64,000 bases of DNA from Octopus vulgaris (taxonomy: Eukaryota). The first letter of the stretch is position 1. Every line of letters starts with the position of its first letter. Location: contig OX597825.1 of assembly GCA_951406725.2 (NCBI GenBank), positions 55,180,001 to 55,244,000 on the forward strand. Reading direction: 5' to 3'. Below the pieces are notes generated by a model. The model saw nothing but the letters and a program-made list of their open reading frames with translations. It did not search any database and was not told the DNA's origin. A program made the translations under genes and the position numbers. Below, piece by piece: positions 37,026 to 50,125 of the stretch.

Positions 37026-37883
37026 TTGAAAATGTTAATATATCGATAATACAAATTACTTTTCTTTCATATCTGATATTAAATTGTTTTTGTAACTTAT
37101 CTTAATGGAGATGATGTGATGGCACTCATGCTCTATGACATTTTACCTACATGATAAATCTTCTTCAAATTAAGAATTCACACATACATACACCCACACC
37201 CACACATATGTGTAATACTTTCCATTGCTAAACCTTATTCAAGCAACAAAAGAAACCTTGTCATCATTGTATATTTGAATCTTATGAAATCCTTTCTGCC
37301 AACCTAAATTTGCTCAATAGACATTCTGAATTAATTTCTGCTTGTCAACACAAGATATTTACAGGCCTTAAATATTTAAACCAACTTCATTTCCAAATAG
37401 GTAATTTATTATTTCCACATCAAATAGAAGATGACAGTAAACTACCTCTATATACCTTTCTCATTTAATCTTAGCACACAGTTAAACAACATATATTCTC
37501 GCCTTTGAACTATTCAGATAGGGAAAGTAGTGACTCCTTATAATTAATTACACATTTGTAAATTACACTATCCCCTCATCAATACATTACCACTACAATA
37601 TACTAATTCTGTAATAGCTTATTGTGTTTACTCACATTTATATAAGTGTCATGAGAACTGGCCTTTAATGGGGACATTTTATCTACTACTACTTCGATTC
37701 ATTCTTTCTGCAGGCTGTCACCCATTCCATAAATTTTCCAGCACTCCCTAATTTATTTCCTCACTTATAGTCTGACTAAATCACCTACTAATCAATTTAA
37801 TTAAAACCTTACAAGGATGACTCTTGAGTTTGAATTCAAACAAAGTTTTATTTCTAAACACTAAATTCACAAAGCAAATAGTA

Positions 37884-39163
37884 TTGAGTCATTCCATAAA
37901 TAATGTGGGTTTTTCAATTGGATGAACTAAAAGTTGGAGGGCCCGCATAAACTTGCTATAAAAGTAGGTAGTAATTTTACCTTGTACTTAGTGTGAGTTT
38001 TGAAGAGTGCAGTTCAATTTTAACAGTTATTTTTTCAAAGCTATAATGGAAGTGACAAAGGAGCGTATTCGGCATATTTCGCTTTATGAGTTCAATAAAG
38101 GCAACAATGCAACAGAAAGTGCGAGGAATATTAATGCAGTGTATGGGGATCAGAAAATAAGCGTAAGCCAGTGTCAATGGTGGTTCCAGAAATTCCAAGT
38201 CAGAAACTAGTCTAAAAGACATGCCTTGTCCTGGAAGATCTGTAGAGCTCAACGAGGATGTCCTGCAAACCCTGATGGAACAAAATCACATTGTAACTGA
38301 TGAGGAACTAGCAGAGAAGCTTGGATTTGGTCATTCAACTATTCATCAACAACTATGTGTTATGAGAAAAGTCGTCTGCAAATTGTATCAATTGGTTCCT
38401 CACAAACTTTCCCAGTCTAATCACGTGCAGAGAGTGAATATGCACTCTTCTATGCTGTCACATCTCATGTGACAGCATAGAATGAATGAGCCCTTTTCAA
38501 ACCAAATAGTGACTGGTGATGAGAAATGGGTTCTCTCTAAAAATGTCAAGCACTGGAGACAGTGGGTAGGGAAAGGAGAAACACTGGCATCTCAGGATAA
38601 AGAAGTTCTTCACCCATGTAAGGTGTTGTTACCTGCTTGGTGGGATATGAAAGGTTTAGTCCACTTTGAACTTTTAAACCCAAACCTAATGATAACAAAG
38701 GAGATCTACTGCAAGCAGCTTGAGCGGCATAAGTCAGCACTAGAAGTAAAACGACTATCTATGGTTTCAAGATGAAAGGTGTTCTTCCATCATGATAATG
38801 CTCAGCCACAAAGAGCGAGGATGACATTCCAAAGGCTGGAGCAGTTTGAATGGGAAACGATGCCCCACCCACCATATTCACCGGACATTGCCCCATCTGA
38901 TTATCATTTATTCCGCAGTCTTCAAAATCATTTGGATGGGTAAAAATGAATTCTGTAGATGAGGTCAGAACAGTACTGGACAAGTGATCAGTATGGACAA
39001 GTGAATTTTGGAAGAGGGGCCTTGCAAGTCTACCAGTTAGATGGAAGAGCATTGTAGAAAATAAAAGAGATAATATATTAGATTAAGAAAAGAAATTTGT
39101 TTATCTGAATTTTGAAAAATAAAAGATGTATAAAAAAACTTTGTTATTTACAGGATGACCCAG
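37884..39163 (+). mobile_element. Near full-length mariner (DD34D) transposon, inactivated
   Basis: TA-flanked degenerate TIRs (ttgagtcattccataaataa / ttatttacaggatgacccag). ORF ~38046-39086 with HISLYEF..NAVYG, LVPHKL, IVTGDEKW, HDNA, HPPYSPDIAPSDY; 34 aa between D2 and D3; several stops and frameshifts. Confidence 0.95.
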
Positions 39164-39337
39164 TATATTGGAAATGACAGTAAACTATTCCTACCTACCA
39201 AATATAATTAGTCAAAGATCACATGATTTAATTAGCATATATCCCATATTCATAACTAGACTATATCAGGGATTACAGTTCATACAATCTTTGCAGTGCA
39301 GTACAACTACTATAACTTTTTACTAAATCTACCTATA

Positions 39338-39550
39338 AAGATGGCAAACTGGCAGAATTGTTACTATGTTGACAAAATGCTTAGCAGTATTTCTTCTAAT
39401 TCTTTACATTCTCAATCTAAATACTGCCAAAGTCAATTTTGCATTCATCCTTTCCGAGTCAATAAGAAAATGCCAGTCAAGTTCTAGAATTCATGCAATC
39501 AAGTAAACACCCACTACTAAAATTATTGGCTTTGTACTAAGCTTTGGAAT
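39338..39550 (+). mobile_element. SINE family B, degenerate
   Basis: aagatggcaaactggcagaattg...gtcaattttgcattcatcctttccgagtcaataa. Confidence 0.7.
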
Positions 39551-40022
39551 AAATTTACCCACACCTGTAGATATATTAATTAATGATCTTTAACTAGCCT
39601 TCCTTTTATGATTACCAATATTCATCAAATATAAATTCATCCATCATCTCTTCAGTTATTTTTCACTTGATTCTAGGTTGTTGCCAACACAACAAAATTC
39701 GTTAAAATTCCTTAAAATTCTTCAAGTGTTATTTTGAATTATTCTCATTGTATATAATTTCTCATGATATACGGTTTATCTATTATATTCTTTTTTTACT
39801 AATTCACTACTTATCTATATATCTTATACTCCACACCTTGTTACTTCAAATATATTCCTTAAGTAGCATCTCAGTGTATATTCTTTCTTACCATAAATAA
39901 CTTCTTACCACACAGAATTTTTCAACAAAAATATGCATGTATATATGTATATATATTATTATTATTATTATTATTATTATCATTATATATTCATAAATAT
40001 ATATATACAAATAGACATATAA

Positions 40023-40181
40023 CTATAAATAAGGGTATCTGAGAGACACCACCATGCCAAAATAGCATGTCTCTCAGATACCCTTATTTATAGATGTAAA
40101 AAATTATTACCTTTGTATGGTATTTATTCCCATGCTGGCCACTTGATAATATTGATATTTAAATATCGATATTATCCTTAT

Positions 40182-40185
<4 letters not shown>
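40023..40185. mobile_element. Short hairpin-capped element next to (TA)n
   Basis: Perfect 26-bp stem ctataaataagggtatctgagagaca (40023-48) / 40068-93, plus a ~90-bp unpaired tail. Confidence 0.7.
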
Positions 40186-40215
<30 letters not shown>

Positions 40216-40439
40216 ATATAGATATATATGCATATATATGTATATATATACACACATATATATATATGCATATATATATATACATATATATATATACATA
40301 TAGATATATATGCATATATATAAACATATATATACATGCATATATATATATATACATACATACATTTAGATATACATGCATATATATACACACACATATA
40401 GATATACATGCATATATATACACACACATATATATATGC

Positions 40440-40470
<31 letters not shown>

Positions 40471-40489
40471 GATATACATGCATATATAT

Positions 40490-40547
<58 letters not shown>

Positions 40548-40790
40548 ATATAGATATACATGCATATATATAGATATATACATATATATATATACGTTCA
40601 TATATATATATACATATATATATATATATTCATATATATATATCCATATATATACATATATATATACATATATATCCACGTATATATATACATATATATA
40701 TGCATATATATATATATGCATATATATACATATGCATATATATATACATATGCATATATATATACATATGCATATATGTATATATATATT
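40185..40790. repeat. Long compound (TA)n/(TACA) microsatellite
   Basis: Direct reading. Confidence 0.95.
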
Positions 40791-40792
40791 TA

Positions 40793-41022
40793 AGGCGGCG
40801 AGCTGGTAGAAACGTTAGCACGCCGGGCGAAATGCGTAGCCGTATTTCGTCTGCCGTTACATTCTGAGTTCAAATTCCGCCGAGGTCGACTTTGCCTTTC
40901 ATCCTTTCTGGGTCGATAAATTAAGTACCAGTTACGCACCGGGGGTCGATGTAATCGACTTAATCTGTTTGTCTGTCCTTGTTTATCCCCTCTGTGTTTA
41001 GCCCTTTGTGGGTAGTAAAGAA

Positions 41023-41024
<2 letters not shown>
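40793..41024 (+). mobile_element. SINE family B, young full-length copy
   Basis: CpG-rich: ggcggcgagctggtagaaacgttagcacgccgggcg; gagttcaaattcc; gtcgactttgcctttcatcctttctgggtcgataaattaagtaccag; tail gggtagtaaagaaat. Confidence 0.95.
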
Positions 41025-41058
<34 letters not shown>

Positions 41059-41769
41059 ATAAATATATACATACATATAATTATGCATATATATTTATAT
41101 ATATATACACGTAAAAACATATATATATATAAACACATACACACACACACATATATATAGGCATATATTTGTACCCACAATATATGCATAGATTTATATG
41201 CATTACATATATATATCTTTATATACACTACATATACACTCACTAATAGACAGACAGGTAGATAATATGTATAATATATACTGACCGCAGTATTTCAGAT
41301 TTTATGACTATAATCCATCTAAACAGTAGAAAATCACAGACAATTTATGTATAAATGAATTACAATATGATAGACAAAATATATTCTATTTTATACTAAT
41401 TCACATACATTGCTAGCGAAATATATGTGATTTGTCTCATATTATCCATAATCAGTCCCCTTATAAGATTAAAAAAAAACATTATATGTATATACATAGG
41501 TCCTTTCAGGGAGAAATTTCACCATTGACACAGATATATATATAGACATCTTAGTTCACCAAAACTATTACATTTTTGACATCATTATCATACTGTTCAC
41601 TCGCTAATATAGCAATTTAGTCTTTGTTTCATCTTTAAGAGGATTACAATAACCTAGTATCACTTACACCTCGCTAGAAAATGTATAGCTATGTCAGTTT
41701 GCTCAATATTCCATAATATTCGGTATACCTAAAACACCACTGTAGATTTACAGTTCAACATTCATCTAA

Positions 41770-42680
41770 AGATGCAATACTTGGGCCATCATCAATGTTG
41801 TATCCTGGGATTACTGGGTGTTTTGGCTCTTACAACAGTCATGTTTATCCAAGCAACTGACTTAGGTTGATCAAGCCCCAAGTCTGTGTCCAAGCAACAG
41901 TCTACTAACCTTCCACGAATCACCTTTTGCAACCAGAGCTATCTCGATGCTTTCCCAGGGTTCTATAGGCCTTACTCAGACTAAGACTTGCAAACCATTG
42001 ATCAGTGCTCTGCAATTGGTATGCCATGGCACGCTGTTGTGCTACGAAACAATGCTAGATGTGCCACAGTGTAACCTGAATATAATTTTATCCCTATACT
42101 TTTAGTTATGTTTTTAGTTCAGGTGTGCCACCAAATTTTGAAAAGCATATAAGTATACCACAAGTGAAAAAAGGTTGCAGAGCACTGCCCTAAACTGTTA
42201 ACTTCCACAGGCAAACCCTTCCTTATTTTTCACCCATTCTTGCAACAGTCTTCCACAAAACCCAACTTTGGGTACTTAGCTCTCTTCAGCTCTCTCCATG
42301 CTCTCTTCCCAGGGCACATTTAACTTCAATAAGATTAGCTGCCTTGCTGTCTCACAAATCAAGATTATTTCAAGTCTCGGTGATTTTCATGATTCTGTAA
42401 ACTTTTGCATTTATTCTGCAAAATTCTTGATAGAAAATTGTATTGAAATTAATATTGTTGTATTTTGGGAGGGCCATACAGCCAATAAAAACATATGCAC
42501 TTCATTTTGTTACCAATCCATCAGATAATCGATTATTCTGTTGGTTATTCAATTAGTTGTTCAAAGTTCTTTTGACACAGTTTGGAATCTTAATGTTTGT
42601 TTTGCAAGATTACTGTCTCTCTCAACCACCTCTTTCACCTCAGCTTTTATTGCATGTTTACAGTACATCTCACAGATTTT
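41770..42680 (-). mobile_element. HERO-like RLE non-LTR retrotransposon 3' relic
   Basis: SPRLEIILICETARQLILLKLNVPWEESME...EDCCKNG*..LPVEVNSLG|FASLSLSKAYRTLG matches the RLE motif RPD....ELTVPWEE...KY...PVEVG.RGF, followed by a 3' UTR. Confidence 0.75.
42003..42187. mobile_element. hAT-type MITE
   Basis: Perfect 13-bp TIR cagtgctctgcaa/ttgcagagcactg; 8 extra bases at the junction of the host LINE frame fit a decayed 8-bp TSD. Confidence 0.85.
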
Positions 42681-43789
42681 GTGGTAAAATTTTTCTTACT
42701 TTCTATAAATAATACATAAGATTTTTTTTCTTTAAACCTTAGTTATTTGTAAACATTCTATCAGTAACTAAAAAAAAATCCTAAGAACTAACATGTTCAC
42801 TCTACCACCACATAACAAGCTTCTTAATATAATGTATTTTTAAAGGATATTAAAACAAATTATAGTATAATAATAGCCCTTTTATAATGCCATTAATAGG
42901 AATTTCTAAGATTTTAAAACTCATTCACATATTCTTATGGTTCATACATGGAATTAACTTCTAATTTTTTCTCTTTTATAAAAATAACTTTAAAATATAA
43001 GCCTTAACTATTAAGGTGTCAGTAAAATAATTTTAATAATCATAAAATTCAATATTTGCCTTATAAAATAATAAATATAAAAACTATAAACCTTACCTTA
43101 TTGGGTGTCAGTAAAAAGACTTTATAATCACAAAAAAATCAATATTCCCCTTAGATGTACACATAATTATAAGGTACTTATCAGCGAAGTCATTTTATTA
43201 ATTATAAACTAGCAAGGATTTGAATTTTCTCATTGATTTTAATTGTTAAAATAACTCATATTAACAAGCCCTCTTATCACTAATAATCACACGCACACAC
43301 GTACGCACATGCACACCTGACATCAACTGCATTTTATTATCTCAGTGTCATCTTCATTTGACTCCCCCAATTCCACTTCCTCCTGCTTCTACTGTCACCA
43401 CAATCAACCATCTTCTTTCCATATTTATCATAATTCTTCTTTAGAAAGGTTCGCTTCCTTCCCTACAACTAACCTTTATAAATATAAATAAAATATAATA
43501 TATTTCCTTATTTTAATACAGGTGTGGCTGTATAGTTATAAAGTTCACTTTGCAAAGATGTGGTTCCCAGTTCAGTCCTACTGCATGGCACCTTAGCACT
43601 ATAGTGTCAGATTGACTGATGTGTTGTGAATGAAATTTCTTTCACAGAAAATGTGTGTAAGCTTGCATACATATGCATGCGTATGTGTGTGTGTTTATAC
43701 TTATTTTATTTTTTTTTAAATTCTGAGTTAATTTTGACTGGCCATCTACTTGCTAGCAAGGCCATGAAAGACAACACCTTGCTTAATTC

Positions 43790-44370
43790 ATCATCGTTTA
43801 AGTCTTAGGAAGGTCTTGCAGATTACTATTTCCTCAGATATAATAATTATTATAGCATAAAAATTAACAAGTTGCATTCCTTCCCCAAGAACTTCAGGTC
43901 AGACACACTTTGCTCCAAGTGGGTTGGTACATATTCTGTTGGTACAAAATTAGAATGAAATTTCAAGTATAGCATGGGTGAATTTACAACTCTTTATTAA
44001 TGAATTTACAGCTCCTTATCAATGGTCTACAGAAGTCCTCTTGTATGCTTCTAACCATATTTCTGTCCAGAGGGTAGCTGATTTCCACAACAGAGTATGT
44101 CTTATACATTTGGTCCCAAATAACAATATCTGACTGGTTGTGTTTAATTTTTAAGTTCAACTATTATTGACCCATCAGCATTGACTTCAATATACTCTGC
44201 TGGAATTTTCATTCTTCTTATTCTGTTTCAGACAGTTCTGGCCACCACATCCTGTCTGAGGGGTAGGGAATGCCTAGAAGACAGTTAGCAATGATGTGAT
44301 TGATGCCTACATTTTTAATTTTGCACAGTCTGCATTTCTTGTTTGTCAATATTGTGTATGGATGGCATTG
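43790..44370 (-). mobile_element. R4/Dong/NeSL-like RLE non-LTR retrotransposon 3' relic
   Basis: CRLCKIKNVGINHIIANC (CCHC knuckle), RQDVVA, KHNQSDIVIWD...VVEISYP, C-terminal CKTFL. Confidence 0.8.
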
Positions 44371-44473
44371 ACTAGATACATACATGTGTGTGTGTGTGCA
44401 CACACAATTAGTAATTAGAATAGTTTAACAATCATTCTGAGTACAACAGGTGAATGTAGTTTTGCTATGTATG

Positions 44474-44514
<41 letters not shown>

Positions 44515-45139
44515 CAATGCATGTGCATGTGTGTGTGTGTGTGCATAGGAAAAGAAAGAGAGAGTGAAGGGCAGAAAGTAAGAGAGGAGAAAGAGAGAAG
44601 GAAACTATGAATAATGAGAATAATTTATCTGGTGATGTATATTTGACAATTAGTGTATGAGGAAAATTATGTAACACACCATCGATCATATTAATTAATT
44701 AATTAATTAACTTTCTGTAATAAATTATTTCTAGCCTTGATCTAGAATATATCCTCAGTTATTGGACTTGTATGGATTCTCTAGAGATTCTAATTGTGAA
44801 ATTATATTAGAGCAAGCCTAGAAATAATATTCGATATTGAAGCTGGAACTGATATCAAATGTACAAGTTATATACTTCATTAAGGTAACGCAATATTTTA
44901 ATCAGTTAAATATTTTAGGGTGACTGATTATTACCAATGATTAATGAATTGTTTGAGCCATTAATCATGTCATTTATATCTTTGCTTATAATAAAACAGT
45001 ATGTTTTATTTTTATATTATGTTTATTTTTTTTTCTGTCAGGTAAACATATATATATTTATGTATATAAACTAGGATGAAACATCGCCATCTACTTGAGA
45101 AAAGTGTTCCAAATCTCTTAATCTGTAATAGCAGAGTTG

Positions 45140-46597
45140 GTGTCATCATCATCATCACCACTTAACGTCTGTTGTCCATGTTGGCATGGGTTGGATGGCT
45201 TGACCAGAGCTGGAAAGATGGAAGGCTGCACTAGATACCAGTTTGTTTTGGCATGGATTCTACAGCTGGATGCCCTTTCTATTACCAACCACCCTGAGAG
45301 TATAATGAGTGCTTTTATGTGCCACTGGCACGGGTGCCATTTGTGTGACACCAGTATCTGCCATGACTGTGGTTTTACTTGGCTTGGTGGCTCTTCTTCT
45401 CAAGCACAGCATAGTGACAAATGGACTCAGTCATTGTCTCAGTGAGGCCCAACACTTGAAACCTGGCATAATGCCAAATGGTCTCAGTCCTTGCCTCCAT
45501 GAGGCCCAATGTTCAAACGGTGCTTTTGTCTGTCACCAGCACAGGAGCAATTTGCATGACAATGGTATCTGCCATGACTGCAATTTTGCTTGGCTTGATG
45601 GGTCTTCTTCACAAGCACAACATAACGCCAAAGGTCTCAGTCATCGTCTCTGTGAAGTCCAACATTTGAAAGGAACTCAACCACTTTGCTTCATGAAGCT
45701 CAATGCTCAAAAGGTGCTTTTTACATGTCACCTGCACAGGTGCCAGTTACATGACACCAGCATCAGCTATGACTGCAATTTCACTTGGCTTTACAGGTCC
45801 TCTCAAGCACAGCACATCGCCAAAGGTTTCAGTCACTAGTCATTACCTCTGTGAGGCCCAAAGTTTGGAGATCATGCTTCACCACCTCACCCCATGTTTT
45901 CCTGGGACTACCTCTACCACAGGTTCCCCCTACAGTTAGGGATCAGCACATTCTTTTACACGGCTATCCTCATCCATATGCATCACATGACCATACCAGT
46001 ACATTCGTCTCCCTTGCACACCACATCTGACACCTCAATGCCTTTCAAGATGCTTACACTTTGTCAAACATGCACACTGACATTGCACATCCAGCAAAGC
46101 ATACTGGTTTCATTTCTTTCAAGCCTACACATATCCTTAGTTATCACAGCCCATGTTTCACTGCCTTGTAGCATAGCTGTTTGCACACAGGCATCATACA
46201 ATCTGTCTTCCACTCTGAGAGAGAGGCCCTTTGTTGCCAGCACAGGCAGGAGCTCTCTAAACTTTGCCCAGCCTAATCTTATTCTGACAGCTATGCTCTT
46301 GGAGCATCCATCTCTGCTACTAACTTGATCACCTAGATAATGGAAGCTACCTACTACTTCTAGCTTACCCCAATGGCAGTTGATGGAGTCTATTTTCTGT
46401 ACATTTTCAGTGTTCATTGTACCTAAGCATCTACCACACACAAAAGCTATTTTCTTTGTTAACCTTCCTCTGGTATTGCTACACCTTTTATGTGTCTAAA
46501 GCTTACTCCACGTGCATCTTACAGAGCTACTACGTACACCTTTTCTTCAAATTGAGAAGGGCCATCTACCTGAAGGGACTTCTGATTTGTCTGCCTT

Positions 46598-46600
<3 letters not shown>
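45140..46600 (-). mobile_element. RTE LINE 3' portion (ORF end, reiterated 3' region, (GAT)n tail)
   Basis: Cys-rich PFSI*RKGV...CGRC, SFHYLGD, RIRLGWAKFRELLP, LYDACVQTAMLQGSETW, MLCWMC; ends gacgttaagtggtgatgatgatg. Confidence 0.92.
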
Positions 46601-46624
<24 letters not shown>

Positions 46625-46635
<11 letters not shown>

Positions 46636-46872
46636 GTATATATATGTATTGTTTATTAAACACAACATGTTTTATGTGCTTTGTTAAGCCGTGTGGACAG
46701 TAACTGATGTTTGTGCTAGAACACCAGACATGTTATAAAATGATGTTTGGCATGTTCTCAGCACATGAAACTAATAGTAGAGCATAAAAACATATACTGT
46801 GTTTATTAAATAATACTTATCTCTCACCAGACAGAGTACACATTTTGTTGTTCTTATCATCACAGAACAGTA

Positions 46873-46875
<3 letters not shown>
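46625..46875 (+). mobile_element. Hairpin-capped element in (TA)n with a degenerate hammerhead
   Basis: ~35-bp inverted arms (46646-46680 / 46781-46816); CTGATGT 46704-10, long stem II tgtgct-agaaca-ccagacat/atgtttgg-catgttct-c-agcaca, GAAAC-taata-GTA 46767-79. Confidence 0.65.
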
Positions 46876-46947
<72 letters not shown>

Positions 46948-46995
46948 GTATGGGTATAATGTCAATGCAGTGGAGAGTGTGTGTGTATGTATGCA

Positions 46996-47078
<83 letters not shown>

Positions 47079-47099
47079 TACCATCTATGTAGTGTCTTC

Positions 47100-47990
47100 A
47101 TCAACATTTAATATCCATTTCCCATGCTGGCATGGGTTGGCCAGATCCAATGAGCTGCAGAGCCACATCCGGCCCTAATGTTAGCTTTGGCATGGTTTCG
47201 GTGGCTAGATGCCCTTCCCAACACCAACCACTTTACAGTGTATACTGGCAGCTTTTTTCTTTTCATAATACCAGCACTAGTGGCATTGCCAAGTAACTTG
47301 CAAGATATAGAAAAGAAAATCAAGAAAAGGAAAAGAAAAAAAACAAACTTTCAAATGAATAGGAGTGTATTTGATAAAGGGGAAAGTGGCTTTATGCCAG
47401 GTGTTGAAAACTAAAGCATGGTAGGACCAGCACAGCTGTTTTTTTTACAAAGGAGATATATGGATACCTTGCACTGTGAGGGGGTGGATGAGAATAGCTG
47501 GGATGGAGATAAAATGGTGGTGACAGGATGCCAGAGTATATTTTCAAGGTAGATAAATATGAAGGAGAATAGAGACTGTGGAACAGATGGAAGGAAAAAA
47601 GAGTGTAATTTCATAAGAGCACAAGAGGAGAGTGACAGATGGCTTTAGGTAGATGTAGTGAGTGATGAACAAGAATAGCTGCGTGGTTGACGGTAAATAT
47701 CAGAATGTTGGGTGAAGGTGAGAGAAATGTAAATGGCTCAGGAATGAGGAGGAGACAAGCAGCAGCAAGGTGTAGAGAGCAACAGTATCCTAAATCTGTA
47801 GATAGATCAAAAAGTGAGAGTTAAAAGGGGAGGAAAAGGTGATGAACAGTGTCGGAGATGGCGATCAGAAGTACATTAGGGTGACTATAGTGAGTGTATT
47901 GTCAAAGATGGGGAGTGAGGCATCGATGGAAGTAGAGAGACTGTTAAGAATAATAGATGTTAAGAATGATAGTTGAAGAGGAGGTATGGT
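47100..47990 (-). mobile_element. RTE-tail retroposon with a long body
   Basis: ccatgctggcatgggttgg, ggctagatgcccttcccaacaccaaccactttacag, then a purine-rich body. Confidence 0.6.
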
Positions 47991-48109
47991 GAACCTGTAT
48001 TGCTTTTTGCATAATCCACTCAATGTAGATGCTGAACAAGTATGCAGAAAGAATACTTCCCTGATGTACTCATTTCCTAATTTTGAACTTATATGTGTTT
48101 TCATTATTT

Positions 48110-48440
48110 ACTCAAGTGAAGGATTCTTGGTGAATGTAAAACTGCTTGTGAGCCTAATGAGATGTTTTGGAATATCATAATCAGACATGATGTACCACAT
48201 GTTTCTGTAGTCAACATAGCAAATGAAAGTTGCAAGGTTGTGTGCTCTTGTTTTTTCTTTAGAATTGTGAAGGGATTGTGCAGATGATCACGTGTACCAC
48301 ATCCACTTCTAAAGTTAGCCTATTCTTTAGCTATTTCTTGTTCAAGGAATGGTTTGAAACATTCTAGGATGATGATGATCAAAAGTATTTTCCTTGTATG
48401 TGGTATCAGAGTGATGGTTCAATAATTAGCTACGGCGGTA
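48110..48440 (-). mobile_element. RTE (BovB-like) RT relic
   Basis: NY*TITLIPHTRKILL..EIAKE*ANFRSGCGTRDHL..FICYVDY..IPKHLIRL. Confidence 0.8.
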
Positions 48441-50004
48441 CATATTCTAAAATTGGAACGAATAATTCTCACACACAAACAGGAAGAGAGTGATGGAAAA
48501 AAGAATACAAGGATGTATTCCTTTTCCATGCTTGTTCAATATTTACAGTATCAAATTTACAACACCTTAATACCCCTATGTCATTTAAAGTAAGTGGGGT
48601 GTCTTACCACCATCAACAGTGGCAATACAGATGAAAGAAAGAAACTAAACAAGTATTCTCTCAGCCTAGTGTTGAGTTCAAATCCCACTCATATCTAGAT
48701 ACATTTGTCATGTGGGAATTTTTAATTTTCTTGCCCCACTTCTCACTAATCCATTAATACACTTCCCCAACAAAGACACATCTAAGTAATCAAGGAACGA
48801 TGTGGGGTTGTGATTTGATGGAAACTAACCAGATTTCCTTTGAATCACACCCTCAGCATTTTAAAAGAAGGAAGTACACATTTAATGCAGTCCAAGATAC
48901 TCTCTCATAGATGAGATGGTCACAACTGGAATGGTTTTACTAATAAAGTCTGCTTGATCAAGCTTGATCTGGGAGCTAGACAACAAAACAACAACCACAT
49001 TTGCATTTTTATTAGGTTTTACGTTTTATAAGTTCTAGTCACATTTATTAAATTAATGAATTTCTACAAACCATATGTAAATGTGCTTTATTAAATAAAT
49101 TGATAAGAACTAGACTAGCAATGCTGTGTCTGTCCCATATGTGTGTGTACGAAGCAACAACAAAAACAACCTCACCAATGTTTGTATTCAATATGTATAA
49201 ATATATTTTTATGTAATTACTTACAAATGAAATTGAATATATTACAATATCATAACTTTCTTTTGTGATTTTCTTATGCTAAAAGAGGATTTTGCATTTT
49301 CTTTCATTATATTTATTTCACATTTATCTGTTACATTGTTCTGCAAAGTCAAACATTTGCATATAAATTGTTTTTTAAACAGGTACTAGTCTTCTGCTGC
49401 TACTGCTGTTGATTTTTTAAGGTAAGATGGGGTAAATAAATGATGAGGGGGTGGAATTTAAAATATTATCTTTTCTTCACATTTACAACTGGATTGTGTT
49501 AATTCCAAATGCTAACCCTTTTAAGTATAAAGAAATGGCAAGTAGTAACGTCAATCCAGCACTTGGTTTCAGTCTTTCACGTGTAAACTATGTATAGCAT
49601 ATCATCATTATTTGATATCCATCTTCTATGTAGACATGGGTAGAACGATTGAAAGGAGCTGGACAGGTAGAAAAACAATGCCAGGTTATTGTGTCTGTTT
49701 TGGCAGGGTTTTTATGGTGGGATGCCCTTCCATTCTGTAGAGTGGATTCAGTGCTTTTTATGTGGATTTGGAAGAAAGAAACTGAAAGAAATCCATTGTA
49801 GATATGTGCATATGTGTGTGTGTGTGTGTGTGTGTGTTACAGCCACAAGTGTCATTGTCATACAAAATGTGTCCATTTTCCATCTTCCATAAATATAAAC
49901 CATATGTAGTCATGGGGAAATATTACCTAATGTGGCTTGATTTAGTATACAGAATACAGAAACTAAAAGAAGCCATATATATATATATATATGCATACAC
50001 ACAC

Positions 50005-50125
50005 ACACAAAGGTGAGGACATAAGTGCAAAATAAGGTGGCAAAAATAGTGTTCGAATACCAAAGGTAGAGTAAGTTGCTTTTATTAAAGTTGCAATTGT
50101 GGTAATTTTGCAGCTTTGATAAAAG
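50005..50125. mobile_element. Short hairpin-capped element inside a SINE microsatellite
   Basis: cttttattaaagttgcaa / ttgcagctttgataaaag inverted (16/18) at the end of a ~70-bp unique tail. Confidence 0.5.

Noticed and set aside
36246-37054. Asp/Met/Val/His-rich ORFs resembling acidic or biomineral proteins
   Set aside because: Compound trinucleotide microsatellite open in several frames on both strands; no convincing splice context or domain.
38007-38775. Host SETMAR-like gene
   Set aside because: No SET domain; TIR-flanked mariner with multiple stops and frameshifts.
45309-45839. 176-aa ORF with internal repeats
   Set aside because: Antisense reading of the reiterated RTE 3' region.
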